Shown: positions 17,613 through 28,283, numbered from the stretch's first letter. The stretch is DNA of 63,861 nucleotides from Halothiobacillus sp. (GCF_027346185.1 NZ_DAIESY010000042.1:1-63861), one strand, 5' to 3'. Numbers and translations: made by a program. Notes: generated by a model not told the origin, from the sequence alone.

Positions 17613-20062
17613 TGAAGTTCATCGGCCACTGGGGACAGTTCTACTACCGCTGGATTCGTCGACTGGTACCACCGATCAGCATGATGGTCGTCGTGCTGCT
17701 GTTGATTCTGATGTATCTGATTTCAGAATCGCTTCAGCGGGCCAACCAGCCGGAGCATCTCTATCTTTCCCTGTTGGGGCTGTCTGCACTGGGGATTCTG
17801 TTTCTGGCTGCGGTCGTACTCGGGCATATCATCCGGCTGGTCACCCATTATCGGCGCGGGGCGCCCGGCGCCCGCCTGACCGCGCGGCTGGTGCTCACGT
17901 TTGTCGGCCTGACTTCGATCCCTGTGCTCATCGTGTTTTATTTCTCCGTATCGTTCATTCAACGCGGTATCGATTCCTGGTTCGATGTGCAGGTCGAACA
18001 GGCGATGTCGGATGCGCTCTCGTTGTCGCAATTGGCATTTGACGGGCAGATGCGTACCGCCATGAATGAAACCCTGCGGGCGGCCAAACAGCTACAGGGC
18101 GTATCGGGTGACCTTGTTGCCCTGGATTTGAATGCGGTGCGCCGCAATACCGGCGCCCATGAGATGACGATTTTCGGTTCGCGGAATCTCATCGTGGCTT
18201 CCGCTTCGGATGATTTGCAGGCCATCGTGCCTTCCCGCCCGGACGAAACGGCACTGAGCCATGCCCGCGCAGGTAAGGACTTTATCGGACTTGATCCCGG
18301 TGGTGGAGATTCCATGCGCATCCGGGTCGTCGTCCCGCTCACGGCGGGCCTGACCGGTGATGGCAGTAGTGAAGTCCTGCAGGCGCTGTATTCCATTTCG
18401 CCGCGTGCGAACCAGCTGTCCAGTAGCGTGCAGGCTGCTTTTAACGAATACCGTTCCTTGATTTTTCTACACAAATCGCTGAAAAGAACCTTTACCTTTG
18501 CGCTTACCCTGGCATTGCTGTTGTCCTTGCTGACGGCGGTATGGCTGGCCTTTATCGCGGCGCGTAAGCTGTTGGCGCCGATTCGCGAACTGGCTGCCGG
18601 GACACGAGCGGTCGCCGAGGGCGATTACAGTCTGCGTTTGCCTGTGGATCGTCGGGACGACCTAGGGCAGCTTGTGCAGTCGTTCAACACGATGACGGCT
18701 CGGGTGCGCCGGGCACATCAGGTCATGCAGCAGCTGCAGGAAGTGGCGGATCAGGAACGCGATTATCTGGAGACAGTGATTCAACATCTTTCATCGGGTG
18801 TGCTGACTTTGTCGCCCGATGGCCACATCACACGAAGCAATTCTGTCGTCACGCAATTGTTGAGTATCGCCAGCCAGCGCATCGATGGCTGCACTCTGAC
18901 CGAGATTTGTCAGACATACCCCCATCTGGAGCCGATCTGTGCCGCTTTCAGTCATCTGCTTGAGCCTGGGCAATTGCCGGCCGGCGCCACCGTTGAAGCC
19001 CAGGTTCGGATCATGGGCGATGCCGGGCGACGCATTTTGTTGAGTCGGGTTGCTGCACTGCCTGCCGATGATGTGACCGGTGGTTTCGTTCTGGTTTTCG
19101 AGGATGTCACCACCCTGATTCAGGCCCAGCGCGACGCGGCTTGGTCCGAAGTGGCGCGTCGGTTGGCGCATGAAATCAAGAACCCGCTTACGCCCATTCA
19201 GTTATCGGCGGAGCGCTTGCGTCGTCGGTTGCTGGGCAACCTCAGCGATGAGCCCGCGCAGATTCTGGATCGCTCGACCCAAACCATCATCAGTCAGGTC
19301 GAGGCAATGAAATTCATGGTAAATGAATTTGCCGAGTACGCCCGCTCGCCGCAAGTCGCCTTGAAAATTCTGGATTTGGATGAGTTGGTCTCGGAAGTCA
19401 TTGATTTGTACAAAGGCGGCGACATCCCCGTGCTGCATCGATCCACCGGGCATGCTCTGCCGGTGCGAGCCGATGCGGGGCGGATTCGGCAGGTGCTGCA
19501 CAACCTGATTCGCAATGCGCAGCAGGCAATGAGCGAGCAGGGCTGCCCCGGAGGCGAACAGCCCGAGGTGACGCTGTCGACCGGGTTGCATCAGGAAGGC
19601 GGCTTGGTTTTGGTTGAGTTGACTGTGACCGATAATGGCCCGGGATTCCCGGAAGATATGATTGATCGCCTGTTTGAGCCTTATGCCACGACCCGTCCCA
19701 AGGGGTCAGGGTTGGGGTTGGCAATCGTGAAGAAAATCGTGGAAGAGCATAGCGGTGTGGTGCTGGCCTCCAATGTGCAGGATGGGGCAGTCGAACTGCA
19801 CAGTGATAACCCGGCGTGGGGTGCGGCAAGCACGAAAACAGGCGCGCGCATTGTTATTCGGTTACCCTTTGCCTCTTCAGATAGGCCGGAAGAAGAGCAG
19901 GCTGAGTCGGCGGTATCTGTGTTTTCTGGTTTGTCGGCCCTGCGGGGAGATCGTCCAGAAACGTCTCCCTTCGATACGGCAAGCAGGCATAATGCCCCTG
20001 GGGACTTGTTTCGCCGGGTACACGATACCCGTGCGGATTCCGATTTAGATAATTCAGGATAA
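17612..20062 (+). CDS. ntrY: NtrY-like sensor histidine kinase (TM, HAMP, PAS, HisKA, HATPase)
   Basis: AWSEVARRLAHEIKNPLTPIQLSAERL, NLIRNA, DNGPG, GSGLGL. Confidence 0.9.
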   Translation: MKFIGHWGQFYYRWIRRLVPPISMMVVVLLLILMYLISESLQRANQPEHLYLSLLGLSALGILFLAAVVLGHIIRLVTHYRRGAPGARLTARLVLTFVGLTSIPVLIVFYFSVSFIQRGIDSWFDVQVEQAMSDALSLSQLAFDGQMRTAMNETLRAAKQLQGVSGDLVALDLNAVRRNTGAHEMTIFGSRNLIVASASDDLQAIVPSRPDETALSHARAGKDFIGLDPGGGDSMRIRVVVPLTAGLTGDGSSEVLQALYSISPRANQLSSSVQAAFNEYRSLIFLHKSLKRTFTFALTLALLLSLLTAVWLAFIAARKLLAPIRELAAGTRAVAEGDYSLRLPVDRRDDLGQLVQSFNTMTARVRRAHQVMQQLQEVADQERDYLETVIQHLSSGVLTLSPDGHITRSNSVVTQLLSIASQRIDGCTLTEICQTYPHLEPICAAFSHLLEPGQLPAGATVEAQVRIMGDAGRRILLSRVAALPADDVTGGFVLVFEDVTTLIQAQRDAAWSEVARRLAHEIKNPLTPIQLSAERLRRRLLGNLSDEPAQILDRSTQTIISQVEAMKFMVNEFAEYARSPQVALKILDLDELVSEVIDLYKGGDIPVLHRSTGHALPVRADAGRIRQVLHNLIRNAQQAMSEQGCPGGEQPEVTLSTGLHQEGGLVLVELTVTDNGPGFPEDMIDRLFEPYATTRPKGSGLGLAIVKKIVEEHSGVVLASNVQDGAVELHSDNPAWGAASTKTGARIVIRLPFASSDRPEEEQAESAVSVFSGLSALRGDRPETSPFDTASRHNAPGDLFRRVHDTRADSDLDNSG

Positions 20063-20074
20063 CGATGGCACACC

Positions 20075-21460
20075 ATGAGTATTGGACACATTCTGGTCGT
20101 TGACGATGAAGTGGAAATCCGCAATTTGCTGGCGGAGTTGTTGGCGGATGAAGGGTATACGGTATCCAGTGCTGCCGATGCGAACGAAGCACGCACTTTG
20201 ATTGCTGCGCGTCGTCCGGATTTGATTCTTCTGGATATCTGGATGCCGGGGCAGGACGGTATTTCCCTGCTGCGTGAATGGGCCGAGCTGGATCAACTGG
20301 TGTGGCCGGTGGTCATGATGTCCGGTCATGGTACGGTGGAAACCGCCGTTGAGGCTACGCGCCTGGGTGCCTTCGATTTCATCGAAAAACCGATCTCGCT
20401 CGATAAACTTCTGTTGATCATTGAGCACGGTCTTGAAAACAATCGCCTGATCCGCGAAAACGAGCAACTCAAGCGCAGTGTTCCCGATCCGTTCGAGTTG
20501 ATCGGGGACAGCGAGTACATGTCCACCCTGCGCTCACAAGCGAAAAAGGTCGCAGGGCACGATGCCTGGGTGCTCATTTCAGGCGAGCCGGGCACCGGCA
20601 AGCAGGCGCTGGCGCGCTTTATCCATCAGCACTCCCCACGTCGGCATTTTCCATTCATCGATACCGGTGGCGTCGCGATGGGGGGGCGTCAGAATGCGGC
20701 CATCGAGCTTTTCGGTGCGGAAAGCGACGGCAAGATCCGGTACGGTCTGCTTGAGCAGGCCAATGGCGGCACGTTGTTCATCGCCGAAGCCGCGGATATG
20801 GATGAGCAGACTCAGATGCAATTGATTTCCGCCCTGGAGAATCAAACGTTCTTCCGGGTGGGTGGCGCAGAACCGGTGCGGGTGGATGTGCGCGTGATTG
20901 CCGCCACCCGAAAGGATCTGGAAACGGAAGTGCGGCAAGGGCGGTTCCGTGAGGATCTGTTCTATCACCTTTCCGTGGTTCCCCTGCCCATCGAACCCTT
21001 GCGTCACCACCCACAGGACGTTCCCGTGCTGCTCACCCACTATCTTGAAGCGGCGCATCGCATCGAAGGTTTACCCCGGCGCGAGTTGACCATCGGGGCC
21101 CGCAACCTGCTCAAAGCCCATGCCTGGCCTGGCAATGTGCGCGAGTTGAAGAATCTGGTGCAACGCATGCTGATCCTTGGTACGGGCGATGCCATCGATG
21201 AACAGGAAGTGCAGCGGGCATTGGGCGTTCTGCCATCGATCGACGCATCAGACGATGCGGCCAACTCGACCTTGATCTCCCTGAATCTCGATTTACCCCT
21301 GCGTGATGCGCGGGATGAGTTCGAGCGACGTTATCTGCTGGCGCAGCTCAAGAGTTGCGACGGATCAATGACCGAACTTGCCCGGCTGACCGGCATGGAA
21401 CGGACCAATTTGTATCGCAAGCTGAAATCCTTGGGTATCAGCGCGAATGAACGCAGTTGA
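20075..21460 (+). CDS. ntrX: NtrX-like response regulator (REC, degenerate AAA+, Fis-type HTH)
   Basis: LDIWMPGQDG, MMSGHGTVETAV, WPGNVRELKN, ERTNLYRKLK; lacks GAFTGA. Confidence 0.88.
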   Translation: MSIGHILVVDDEVEIRNLLAELLADEGYTVSSAADANEARTLIAARRPDLILLDIWMPGQDGISLLREWAELDQLVWPVVMMSGHGTVETAVEATRLGAFDFIEKPISLDKLLLIIEHGLENNRLIRENEQLKRSVPDPFELIGDSEYMSTLRSQAKKVAGHDAWVLISGEPGTGKQALARFIHQHSPRRHFPFIDTGGVAMGGRQNAAIELFGAESDGKIRYGLLEQANGGTLFIAEAADMDEQTQMQLISALENQTFFRVGGAEPVRVDVRVIAATRKDLETEVRQGRFREDLFYHLSVVPLPIEPLRHHPQDVPVLLTHYLEAAHRIEGLPRRELTIGARNLLKAHAWPGNVRELKNLVQRMLILGTGDAIDEQEVQRALGVLPSIDASDDAANSTLISLNLDLPLRDARDEFERRYLLAQLKSCDGSMTELARLTGMERTNLYRKLKSLGISANERS

Positions 21461-21485
21461 ACACATTAAATAATCAAGGTTTTTT

Positions 21486-22862
21486 ATGAAAATCATCATC
21501 CTGGGCGCAGGGCAGGTCGGATCCTCCCTGGCGACGGTGTTGTCTCATGAAACACGGAACTCGGTCACCGTCGTCGACACGGATGCCTCCGCGCTTTCGC
21601 GGCTGCAGGAGCGGCTCGATATTCGCACCGTCCAGGGGTACGGCGCCCAGCCGAGCGTGTTGGGAGAGGCGGGCGCGGCGGATGCTGACGTGCTCATTGC
21701 CGTGACCAGTGCGGACGATACCAATATGCTGGCTTGCGAAGTCGCCTGGGTGTTGTACCGCACGCCAACCAAAATCGCCCGAATTCGTGTGTCCGACTTC
21801 CTTGATCACCCCGCCTTGTTCGACAACAACGCGATTCCGGTGGATTACATGATCAGCCCGGAACGCTTGATCAAGGATTACATCGTCCGGCTCATCGAGT
21901 ACCCAGATGCGTTGCAGGTGCGTGATTTCGCCGATGGCAAGCTTCGGCTGATCGGTATGCGCGCGGATGCCGACGGCCCGTTGGTCGGGCAGCCGATCCA
22001 CTATCTTGCGGCATTGTTACCGGATGTCGAGGCTCGGGTCGCGGCGATTTTCCGCCGCGATACGCCACTGCACCCGGATGGCGCGACGGTGATCGAAGCA
22101 GACGATGAAGTGTTCTTTCTTGCTCGAACCGAGGACATCCGTAAGGTCATGAGCGTGATGCGTCGACTCGATCGACCCTATCGCCGCATCATGATCGCCG
22201 GTGGCGGCAATATCGGCGGTGGGCTGGCGGCCGCGCTGGAATCACGTTTTCAGGTCAAGCTCATCAGCAATAATCCGGAAAAGGCGCGCAAGCTGAGTGC
22301 CGATCTCGATCACACCATCGTACTGACCGGATCGGCGACCGACAGTGAGTTACTGATTGAAGAAAACATCGAGGATATGGATGTCTTTCTCGCGCTGACC
22401 AACGATGACGAGGACAACATTCTGGCCGCGATGCTGGCCAAGCGGCTCGGCGCACGCAAGGTCATGTGTATCGTCAATCGCAGCGAGTATGTCGATCTGA
22501 TCCACATGGGGACCATTGATATTGCGCTCTCGCCGCACAACATCACCATCGGTAGCCTGATCACGCGTCTGCGGCGAGGAGATGTCGTCAGCGTGCATTC
22601 CCTGCGTCGTGGCGCTGCCGAGGCCATGGAAATCATTGCTCGTGGCGATGCCAATACGTCCCAGGTGGTCGGGCGTCGTGTAGACGCACTGAAGTTGCCG
22701 CCGGGTACGACCATCGGTGCGTTGCTGCGTGAGGGCAGAGTGCTGATCGCACATAACAACACGGTGATCGAGGCGGACGACCACGTCATTCTTTTCCTGA
22801 CAGACAAGCGCCACGTACGGGATATTGAACAGTTGTTCACCGTACGCTTCGGCTTCTTCTGA
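21486..22862 (+). CDS. trkA: Trk potassium uptake NAD-binding subunit
   Basis: MKIIILGAGQVG, second Rossmann motif IAGGGNIG, SLRRGAAEAME. Confidence 0.97.
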   Translation: MKIIILGAGQVGSSLATVLSHETRNSVTVVDTDASALSRLQERLDIRTVQGYGAQPSVLGEAGAADADVLIAVTSADDTNMLACEVAWVLYRTPTKIARIRVSDFLDHPALFDNNAIPVDYMISPERLIKDYIVRLIEYPDALQVRDFADGKLRLIGMRADADGPLVGQPIHYLAALLPDVEARVAAIFRRDTPLHPDGATVIEADDEVFFLARTEDIRKVMSVMRRLDRPYRRIMIAGGGNIGGGLAAALESRFQVKLISNNPEKARKLSADLDHTIVLTGSATDSELLIEENIEDMDVFLALTNDDEDNILAAMLAKRLGARKVMCIVNRSEYVDLIHMGTIDIALSPHNITIGSLITRLRRGDVVSVHSLRRGAAEAMEIIARGDANTSQVVGRRVDALKLPPGTTIGALLREGRVLIAHNNTVIEADDHVILFLTDKRHVRDIEQLFTVRFGFF

Positions 22863-22890
22863 TTCGAGAACAGGGTAAAGGACTCAGGTC

Positions 22891-24342
22891 ATGCAGTTTA
22901 TTGTCGTGTTCCGTGTGCTCGGATTGTTGCTGATGGTTTTCGGTCTGACGTTCATTCCTCCTTGGTTGGTGGGTTTGATGATGGGCGATGCCGATCTGCG
23001 CCCCTTCGAGTACAGTTTTCTCATCACGTTTGTGCTCGGGTTATTGATCTGGTTGCCGTTACGGAAATATCGACGCGAGCTTAAATTGCGGGATGGCCTG
23101 CTGATCGTCGTGCTGTTCTGGGTCGTGCTCGGCCTAATGGGCGCAGTGCCGATCTATTTGCAAACGGAGCTTCATGTCAGCTTCAGCCAGGCGGTGTTTG
23201 AATCGGTTTCGGGGATTACTACCACCGGATCGACCGTGTTGGTGGGTCTGGATACGCTACCCAAATCCTTGTTGTTCTATCGCCAGCAACTTCAATGGTT
23301 GGGTGGTCTGGGCATCATTGTGTTGGTCGTTGCATTCATGCCGCTGCTTGGTGTGGGCGGCATGCAGCTTTATAAAAGCGAGATTTCCGGTCCTATGAAG
23401 GATGAACGCCTGTCAGGGCGTATTTCCGAAACAGCGAAAGCTCTCTGGCTGGTATATGTTGGTCTGACGATTGTCTGTACCCTGGCATTCAAGCTCGAAG
23501 GCATGAGCTGGTTCGATGCGGTGGGACATGCATTTGCCACGATTTCAACCGGTGGTTTTTCGACTCATGACGACAGTCTTGGGTATTTTCATAGCTTCCC
23601 GATTGAACTGACAACTGTCGTGTTCATGATTCTTGGCGCCACGCCGATGGCTTTGCATTATCTGGTTTTGCGTCATGCATCTTTCCGTGCTTACGGCAAA
23701 AGCTCGGAATTCAAGTTTTTTCTTTTGATTCTGGCGTTGTTTTTCGGCCTGATCGTGTTGACAGTCATTCTATCCCGCCCTGCTACGGAATGGCTGTGGG
23801 GGGTGCGCTGGGGTTTATTCACCCTGGTTTCCATGATAACGACAACCGGTTTCACGCTAACGGGTAGCACGCCTTGGCCTGTGTTCCTGCCAGTTTTTAT
23901 TTTGGCTACTGCCTTGATTGGCGGTTGTGCCGGTTCTACTGCTGGTGGGTTGAAAAATGTCCGGTTGCTTTTGCTGACACGCCAAGGATTGAATGAGTTG
24001 AGGAAACTCGTTCACCCTCATGCCGAGTTCGTGGTCAAGCTCAGCGGTCGAGGTATTAGCCCGACTGTAATCAGTGCAGTTTGGGCATTCTTTGCCGCCT
24101 ATGTATTTGTTTTCGTAGTTATCTTCTTTTTGATGATGGCAACAGGGTTGGATGTGGTTTCGGCCTTTGGCGGTGCTATTGGCACGCTCACGAGTGCCGG
24201 ACCGGGTTTGGGCTCTGTGGCAACTACTTTTTCACAAGCATCGACTGGAACATTATGGGTTGGAACGATCTCCATGCTGCTTGGACGTCTTGAAATCTTT
24301 ACCGTATTTGTGCTGTTCCTGCCCATGTTCTGGCGGCGATGA
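22891..24342 (+). CDS. trkH: Trk potassium uptake membrane subunit
   Basis: FESVSGITTTG, QWLGGLGII, STGGFS, GGCAGSTAGG, GRLEIFT. Confidence 0.96.
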   Translation: MQFIVVFRVLGLLLMVFGLTFIPPWLVGLMMGDADLRPFEYSFLITFVLGLLIWLPLRKYRRELKLRDGLLIVVLFWVVLGLMGAVPIYLQTELHVSFSQAVFESVSGITTTGSTVLVGLDTLPKSLLFYRQQLQWLGGLGIIVLVVAFMPLLGVGGMQLYKSEISGPMKDERLSGRISETAKALWLVYVGLTIVCTLAFKLEGMSWFDAVGHAFATISTGGFSTHDDSLGYFHSFPIELTTVVFMILGATPMALHYLVLRHASFRAYGKSSEFKFFLLILALFFGLIVLTVILSRPATEWLWGVRWGLFTLVSMITTTGFTLTGSTPWPVFLPVFILATALIGGCAGSTAGGLKNVRLLLLTRQGLNELRKLVHPHAEFVVKLSGRGISPTVISAVWAFFAAYVFVFVVIFFLMMATGLDVVSAFGGAIGTLTSAGPGLGSVATTFSQASTGTLWVGTISMLLGRLEIFTVFVLFLPMFWRR

Positions 24343-25334
24343 CCAAAAGAAATTCGTCGGCCGGGTCGCCTGATTCATCCGCGTCTTCACGCCACAGTGC
24401 GCATGAAGGGTCACTTGTCTGGGCGCAACCGTTCCGCTGGTCGTTTTTGTGCCCGCGTTATTGGCCTGTCTGGTTCTTCGTCGGGTTGCTGTGGTTGCTG
24501 GCCTATCTGCCGCATGCTGTTCGGCGGGCAACTGCGTTCGCGCTCGCCAGGCTATATCAACGGATCTATCCCAAGCGCCGCCGCATTGTTGAGCGCAATC
24601 TGGAGGTCTGTTTCCCCGATCAATCCGCAACACAGCGGCGCGCTTGGCGGGATGCGAATTTTCAGTTGCAGGCCTATGCCATGCTTGATTTGGGCAGGCT
24701 CTGGTTTCGCTCGGTGGATTACCTCAAAAGCCAGACGGAGGTAAGTGATCCCGAATTGTTCGCCCGCCTGATTCGCTCCGGTGGGGTGGTGCTGACGGGG
24801 CATGGCGCCGGTTTGGAATGGATCGGACATTTTTTTACCATGAATATGACCGGTTCGGCCATGTTCAAACCCTTCGGTAAAAATCGACTGTTGAATTGGT
24901 TGTTCGAGCGCGGACGGGTGCGTCACGATGCGCGCGTTTACCCCCGTGAACAAGGCTTGAAGCCACATTTACGTCATCTGCGGGCAGGGCAGGGGTTTTT
25001 TTACATTGCCGATGAAGATCTTGGCCTGGGGGATTCGGTATTCGCTCCGTTGTTCGGTGTCGAAAAGGCCACCATCCCACTGGCAGGCAAGATCGCCGCG
25101 TTGGGCAAGGTAGACATTTATCCCGCACTAGGGCAACTGGATATGGCCAGAGGTCGGTATCGGTTGCTGCTATTGCCGCCGGTTAAAGTGCCTGCGCAAG
25201 CCAGCACGGATGCGGCGCTGGCGATCAATCAGACATTGGAACGGTTGATCAGCGATGATCCGCCGCAATACATGTGGTCACTGAAACTCTTCAAGACGGC
25301 GACGAGTGATCGAGCCGACCTGTACGCGTCTTAA
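24339..25334 (+). CDS. Lipid A late acyltransferase (LpxL/LpxM family)
   Basis: FLCPRYWPVW N-terminus, HGAGLE (HX4E), DEDLG..SVFAPLFG, PPQYMW. Confidence 0.85.
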   Translation: MTKRNSSAGSPDSSASSRHSAHEGSLVWAQPFRWSFLCPRYWPVWFFVGLLWLLAYLPHAVRRATAFALARLYQRIYPKRRRIVERNLEVCFPDQSATQRRAWRDANFQLQAYAMLDLGRLWFRSVDYLKSQTEVSDPELFARLIRSGGVVLTGHGAGLEWIGHFFTMNMTGSAMFKPFGKNRLLNWLFERGRVRHDARVYPREQGLKPHLRHLRAGQGFFYIADEDLGLGDSVFAPLFGVEKATIPLAGKIAALGKVDIYPALGQLDMARGRYRLLLLPPVKVPAQASTDAALAINQTLERLISDDPPQYMWSLKLFKTATSDRADLYAS

Positions 25335-26272
25335 TCGACTGTTTCCGAGGTGGCTTTCCCTGATATGGTGGGTTGGCGCCGGAACCGGCGGTAAACCCAT
25401 TGATACTGGGCCGGGTTTTCTCTGACCATCTGTTCGATACCCTGATTCAGCGCGGCCAGCGCGATTGCAGGATCGGGGTCGTACATGCCGATCGGCGCTT
25501 CAAAATAACCCAGACGATAACCCTGCCCGTGAGGCAGGCGTTCGGTGCGTCCCAGAATGGCAATCGCGCCGGTTTTTTGCATCAGGTTATGCACGAGCGT
25601 CAGGGTGTAGGCGGGATGGCCGAAAAACGGTGCAAACGCACCTTCGCCGACATTCGGCTCCTGATCGGGCAAAATCGCCACCAGTTCGCCTCGCCGCAAA
25701 GCCATCAGCAATGCTTTCACCCCGTGGCGATTGGCGGGAACGAGTCTGCCACCGAACCGTTCGCGCGAGCGGTTCATTAAGGCTTCGAAGGCAGGTTCCC
25801 TCGGCGGGCGATAAAGCGTGGTCATGGGCGTGCGTGTGGCGGTAAACAGGCCGCCCAGTTCCCAGGCCCCGCTGTGCGGCGCGAGCAGAATGACGCCCCT
25901 GCCCACAGCCATCGCTTGAGTCAGAATCTCTTCGTTCCGCACTTCGCGGGCCAGCGTTTCGATTTGTTCCCTAGAACCTTGCCAGATGACGCCCAGCTCG
26001 GTCAGCGTCTTGCCCGTTTCGAGCAAGGTTTCCCGAATCAGTTGCGCTTGTTGTGGGTGTGATAACTCCGGCAGGCAGCGGCGAATGTTTTCTGCCGCGG
26101 TTTTGCGCGTTGAACTGTGGGTTATCCAGGCTATCCAGCCCATGCCTGCACCGATGGCATGGCTCAAGCGCAGCGGCAACCGGGCGAACAGTCGCAAGAG
26201 ACTTCTGAGTAGAAGTAATCTTAGCGCGCTTCGTCTGGGGCGCCCGTGGCTTTGTGCGGTGCGCTTGTTCAT
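25331..26272 (-). CDS. Lipid A late acyltransferase (LpxL/HtrB family)
   Basis: HSGAWE (HX4E), ILPDQEP, FAPFFG, PAQYQWVYRRF. Confidence 0.88.
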   Translation of the reverse strand: MNKRTAQSHGRPRRSALRLLLLRSLLRLFARLPLRLSHAIGAGMGWIAWITHSSTRKTAAENIRRCLPELSHPQQAQLIRETLLETGKTLTELGVIWQGSREQIETLAREVRNEEILTQAMAVGRGVILLAPHSGAWELGGLFTATRTPMTTLYRPPREPAFEALMNRSRERFGGRLVPANRHGVKALLMALRRGELVAILPDQEPNVGEGAFAPFFGHPAYTLTLVHNLMQKTGAIAILGRTERLPHGQGYRLGYFEAPIGMYDPDPAIALAALNQGIEQMVRENPAQYQWVYRRFRRQPTISGKATSETVD

Positions 26273-27078
26273 CGTGCTTGCGCTGGTAGCGCCTTCTCCA
26301 AACCATCGCGCATCAATGGGGTGAGCGTGACGGCCAGTGAGCGGAATAGTTGCGGATTAAGACGCTCCTCGGCGGCCAGCAATTGCTTGAAATGCTCGCG
26401 CTGCGTGGGTTTGGCAAAACAGGCAGGGCAGTTGTCCCGGATCACCGGCAGCAGGTTTTGGGTGGCGAAATCCGCCAGCATGCGTTCCCGCACACGAACA
26501 AATGGCCGGATGATACGAACATCACCCGCGTCGTTGAGATAATGCGCTTTCATCGTGTTGAGTTTGCCGCCATGAAATGCGCTCATCAGGAAGCTTTCGG
26601 CCAGATCATCGAGGTGCTGGCCGAGTGCAAGTACGTTATAGCCCTCGCGCCTGGCCGCTTTGTACAGCAGGCCGCGTTTCATACGGGCGCAAAAGGCGCA
26701 ATAGGAATCGCCGCGCATGTGCTCATTGGCCAGACCGACAATATCTTCCCGTTCCACGAAATAGGGGATGCCGAGTTTTTCGAGATAAGGCACCAGCGGT
26801 GCAGGATCGAATCCGCCAACCTGCGGGTCGACCGTGATGGCGGCCAGATCGAAGGAGATCGGTGCCCGGCGCTGAACATGCCGCAGGCAATGGAGCAGGG
26901 AAAGCGAATCCTTGCCGCCCGAGAGGCCGATTAGAATCCGGTCGCCCGGTTGGATCATCGAGAACTCGATCAGGGTCCGTGCAACGATACGCTGAAGTTT
27001 CTTGCCGGGGCTAATCCAGGACCAGATGGGTTCCGATGGCGTTGTCTGATCGGATTCGCGAAGGGAGGATGTGTTCAT
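26269..27078 (-). CDS. ttcA: tRNA 2-thiocytidine(32) synthase
   Basis: PP-loop GLSGGKDS, CAFC, GQHLDDLAE, IIRP, CPAC; ATG at 27078 (the upstream ORF extension is a shadow of pip). Confidence 0.9.
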   Translation of the reverse strand: MNTSSLRESDQTTPSEPIWSWISPGKKLQRIVARTLIEFSMIQPGDRILIGLSGGKDSLSLLHCLRHVQRRAPISFDLAAITVDPQVGGFDPAPLVPYLEKLGIPYFVEREDIVGLANEHMRGDSYCAFCARMKRGLLYKAARREGYNVLALGQHLDDLAESFLMSAFHGGKLNTMKAHYLNDAGDVRIIRPFVRVRERMLADFATQNLLPVIRDNCPACFAKPTQREHFKQLLAAEERLNPQLFRSLAVTLTPLMRDGLEKALPAQAR

Positions 27079-27193
27079 GAGTAACCGTGACGTGAAAACT
27101 TCTGCATTGTACGACAGCCGGGGATCGGGGCTAAGATGGTCGGCGTCTTGGCCCGAAAATTGGGCCGTTTCTTGAAAAGTTAGGAGTGAACCG

Positions 27194-28165
27194 ATGCGTG
27201 AACTGTATCCCGCGATTGAACCCTTGGTAACGCACAGTATTCCCGTGGATGCACCCCATGTGCTGCATGTCGAGGAGTGTGGGCGGCTCAAGGGTATTCC
27301 CGTGGTGTTCCTGCATGGCGGGCCCGGTGCCGGATGCACACCCGCCCATCGCCGTTTTTTCGATCCTGACCGGTATCGGATTATCCTGATTGACCAGCGC
27401 GGTGCCGGTCGTTCGACGCCGCACGCGCACCTGGAGGGTAATACCACTCAAGCGCTGATCGCCGATCTTGAGCTGGTGCGCCAGCATCTGAATATCGAGC
27501 GGTGGCTTGTGTTTGGTGGCTCCTGGGGATCGACACTGGCACTGGCCTACGCTGCGGCCCACCCGGAACGCGTATTGGGATTGATCTTGCGCGGGATTTT
27601 TCTTTGCCGCGATGAGGATATTTCCTGGTTCTATCAGCGCGGTGCCGATCGTCTGTTTCCCGATTATTGGGCCGATTTCGTGGCACTGATTCCCGAAGAG
27701 GAGCGTGGCGATCTGGTGGTGGCCTACCACCGTCGCCTGACGGGCAGTGACGATTTGGCCCGAATGCAGGCGGCAAAGGCCTGGTCAACCTGGGAAGGGC
27801 GAACGGCGACGCTCTTGAGCGATCCGGCTACGGTCGATTTCTTTGCCGACCCGCGCCATGCTTTGGCAATTGCCCGGATCGAAAACCATTACTTTGTGCA
27901 CGGCGCGTTCTTACGCGGGAAGCCTTTGCTGGCGCAAGCCGCGCGCTTGGCCGGCATCGAAGGGGAAATCATCCACGGGCGTTACGATGTGGTCTGTCCT
28001 GTGGATCAGGCGTTTGCGCTGGCGGCGGCTTGGCCGAATGCCAAGTTGACGGTCGTGGAAGATGCGGGGCATGCCGCCAGTGAACCGGGCATCACCGATG
28101 CACTGATTCGCGCGACGGACCGGTTTGTGGAGCGTTTGGCGGGGCACCAGAATGGTCGGGGATAA
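27194..28165 (+). CDS. pip: Proline iminopeptidase
   Basis: LHGGPG, DQRGAGRS, GGSWG nucleophile motif, GRYDVVCP, DAGH. Confidence 0.96.
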   Translation: MRELYPAIEPLVTHSIPVDAPHVLHVEECGRLKGIPVVFLHGGPGAGCTPAHRRFFDPDRYRIILIDQRGAGRSTPHAHLEGNTTQALIADLELVRQHLNIERWLVFGGSWGSTLALAYAAAHPERVLGLILRGIFLCRDEDISWFYQRGADRLFPDYWADFVALIPEEERGDLVVAYHRRLTGSDDLARMQAAKAWSTWEGRTATLLSDPATVDFFADPRHALAIARIENHYFVHGAFLRGKPLLAQAARLAGIEGEIIHGRYDVVCPVDQAFALAAAWPNAKLTVVEDAGHAASEPGITDALIRATDRFVERLAGHQNGRG

Positions 28166-28207
28166 ACGACGGACTTGCTGACCGCTGCCGTTTGATTTTT
28201 CGACATT

Positions 28208-28232
28208 AAAAAACCCGCCATTCGGCGGGTTT
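28208..28232 (-). terminator. Intrinsic terminator of soxYZ
   Basis: Minus strand AAACCCGCC-GAAT-GGCGGGTTTTTT. Confidence 0.85.
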
Positions 28233-28283
28233 GCACGCTTGCGGAGACGGTACGTGAACGTCAACCGCCACAAGAGCTACTAA

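Noticed and set aside
27079-27447. N-terminal extension of the ttcA ORF
   Set aside because: Overlaps pip on the opposite strand; the TtcA-like sequence begins at ATG 27078.
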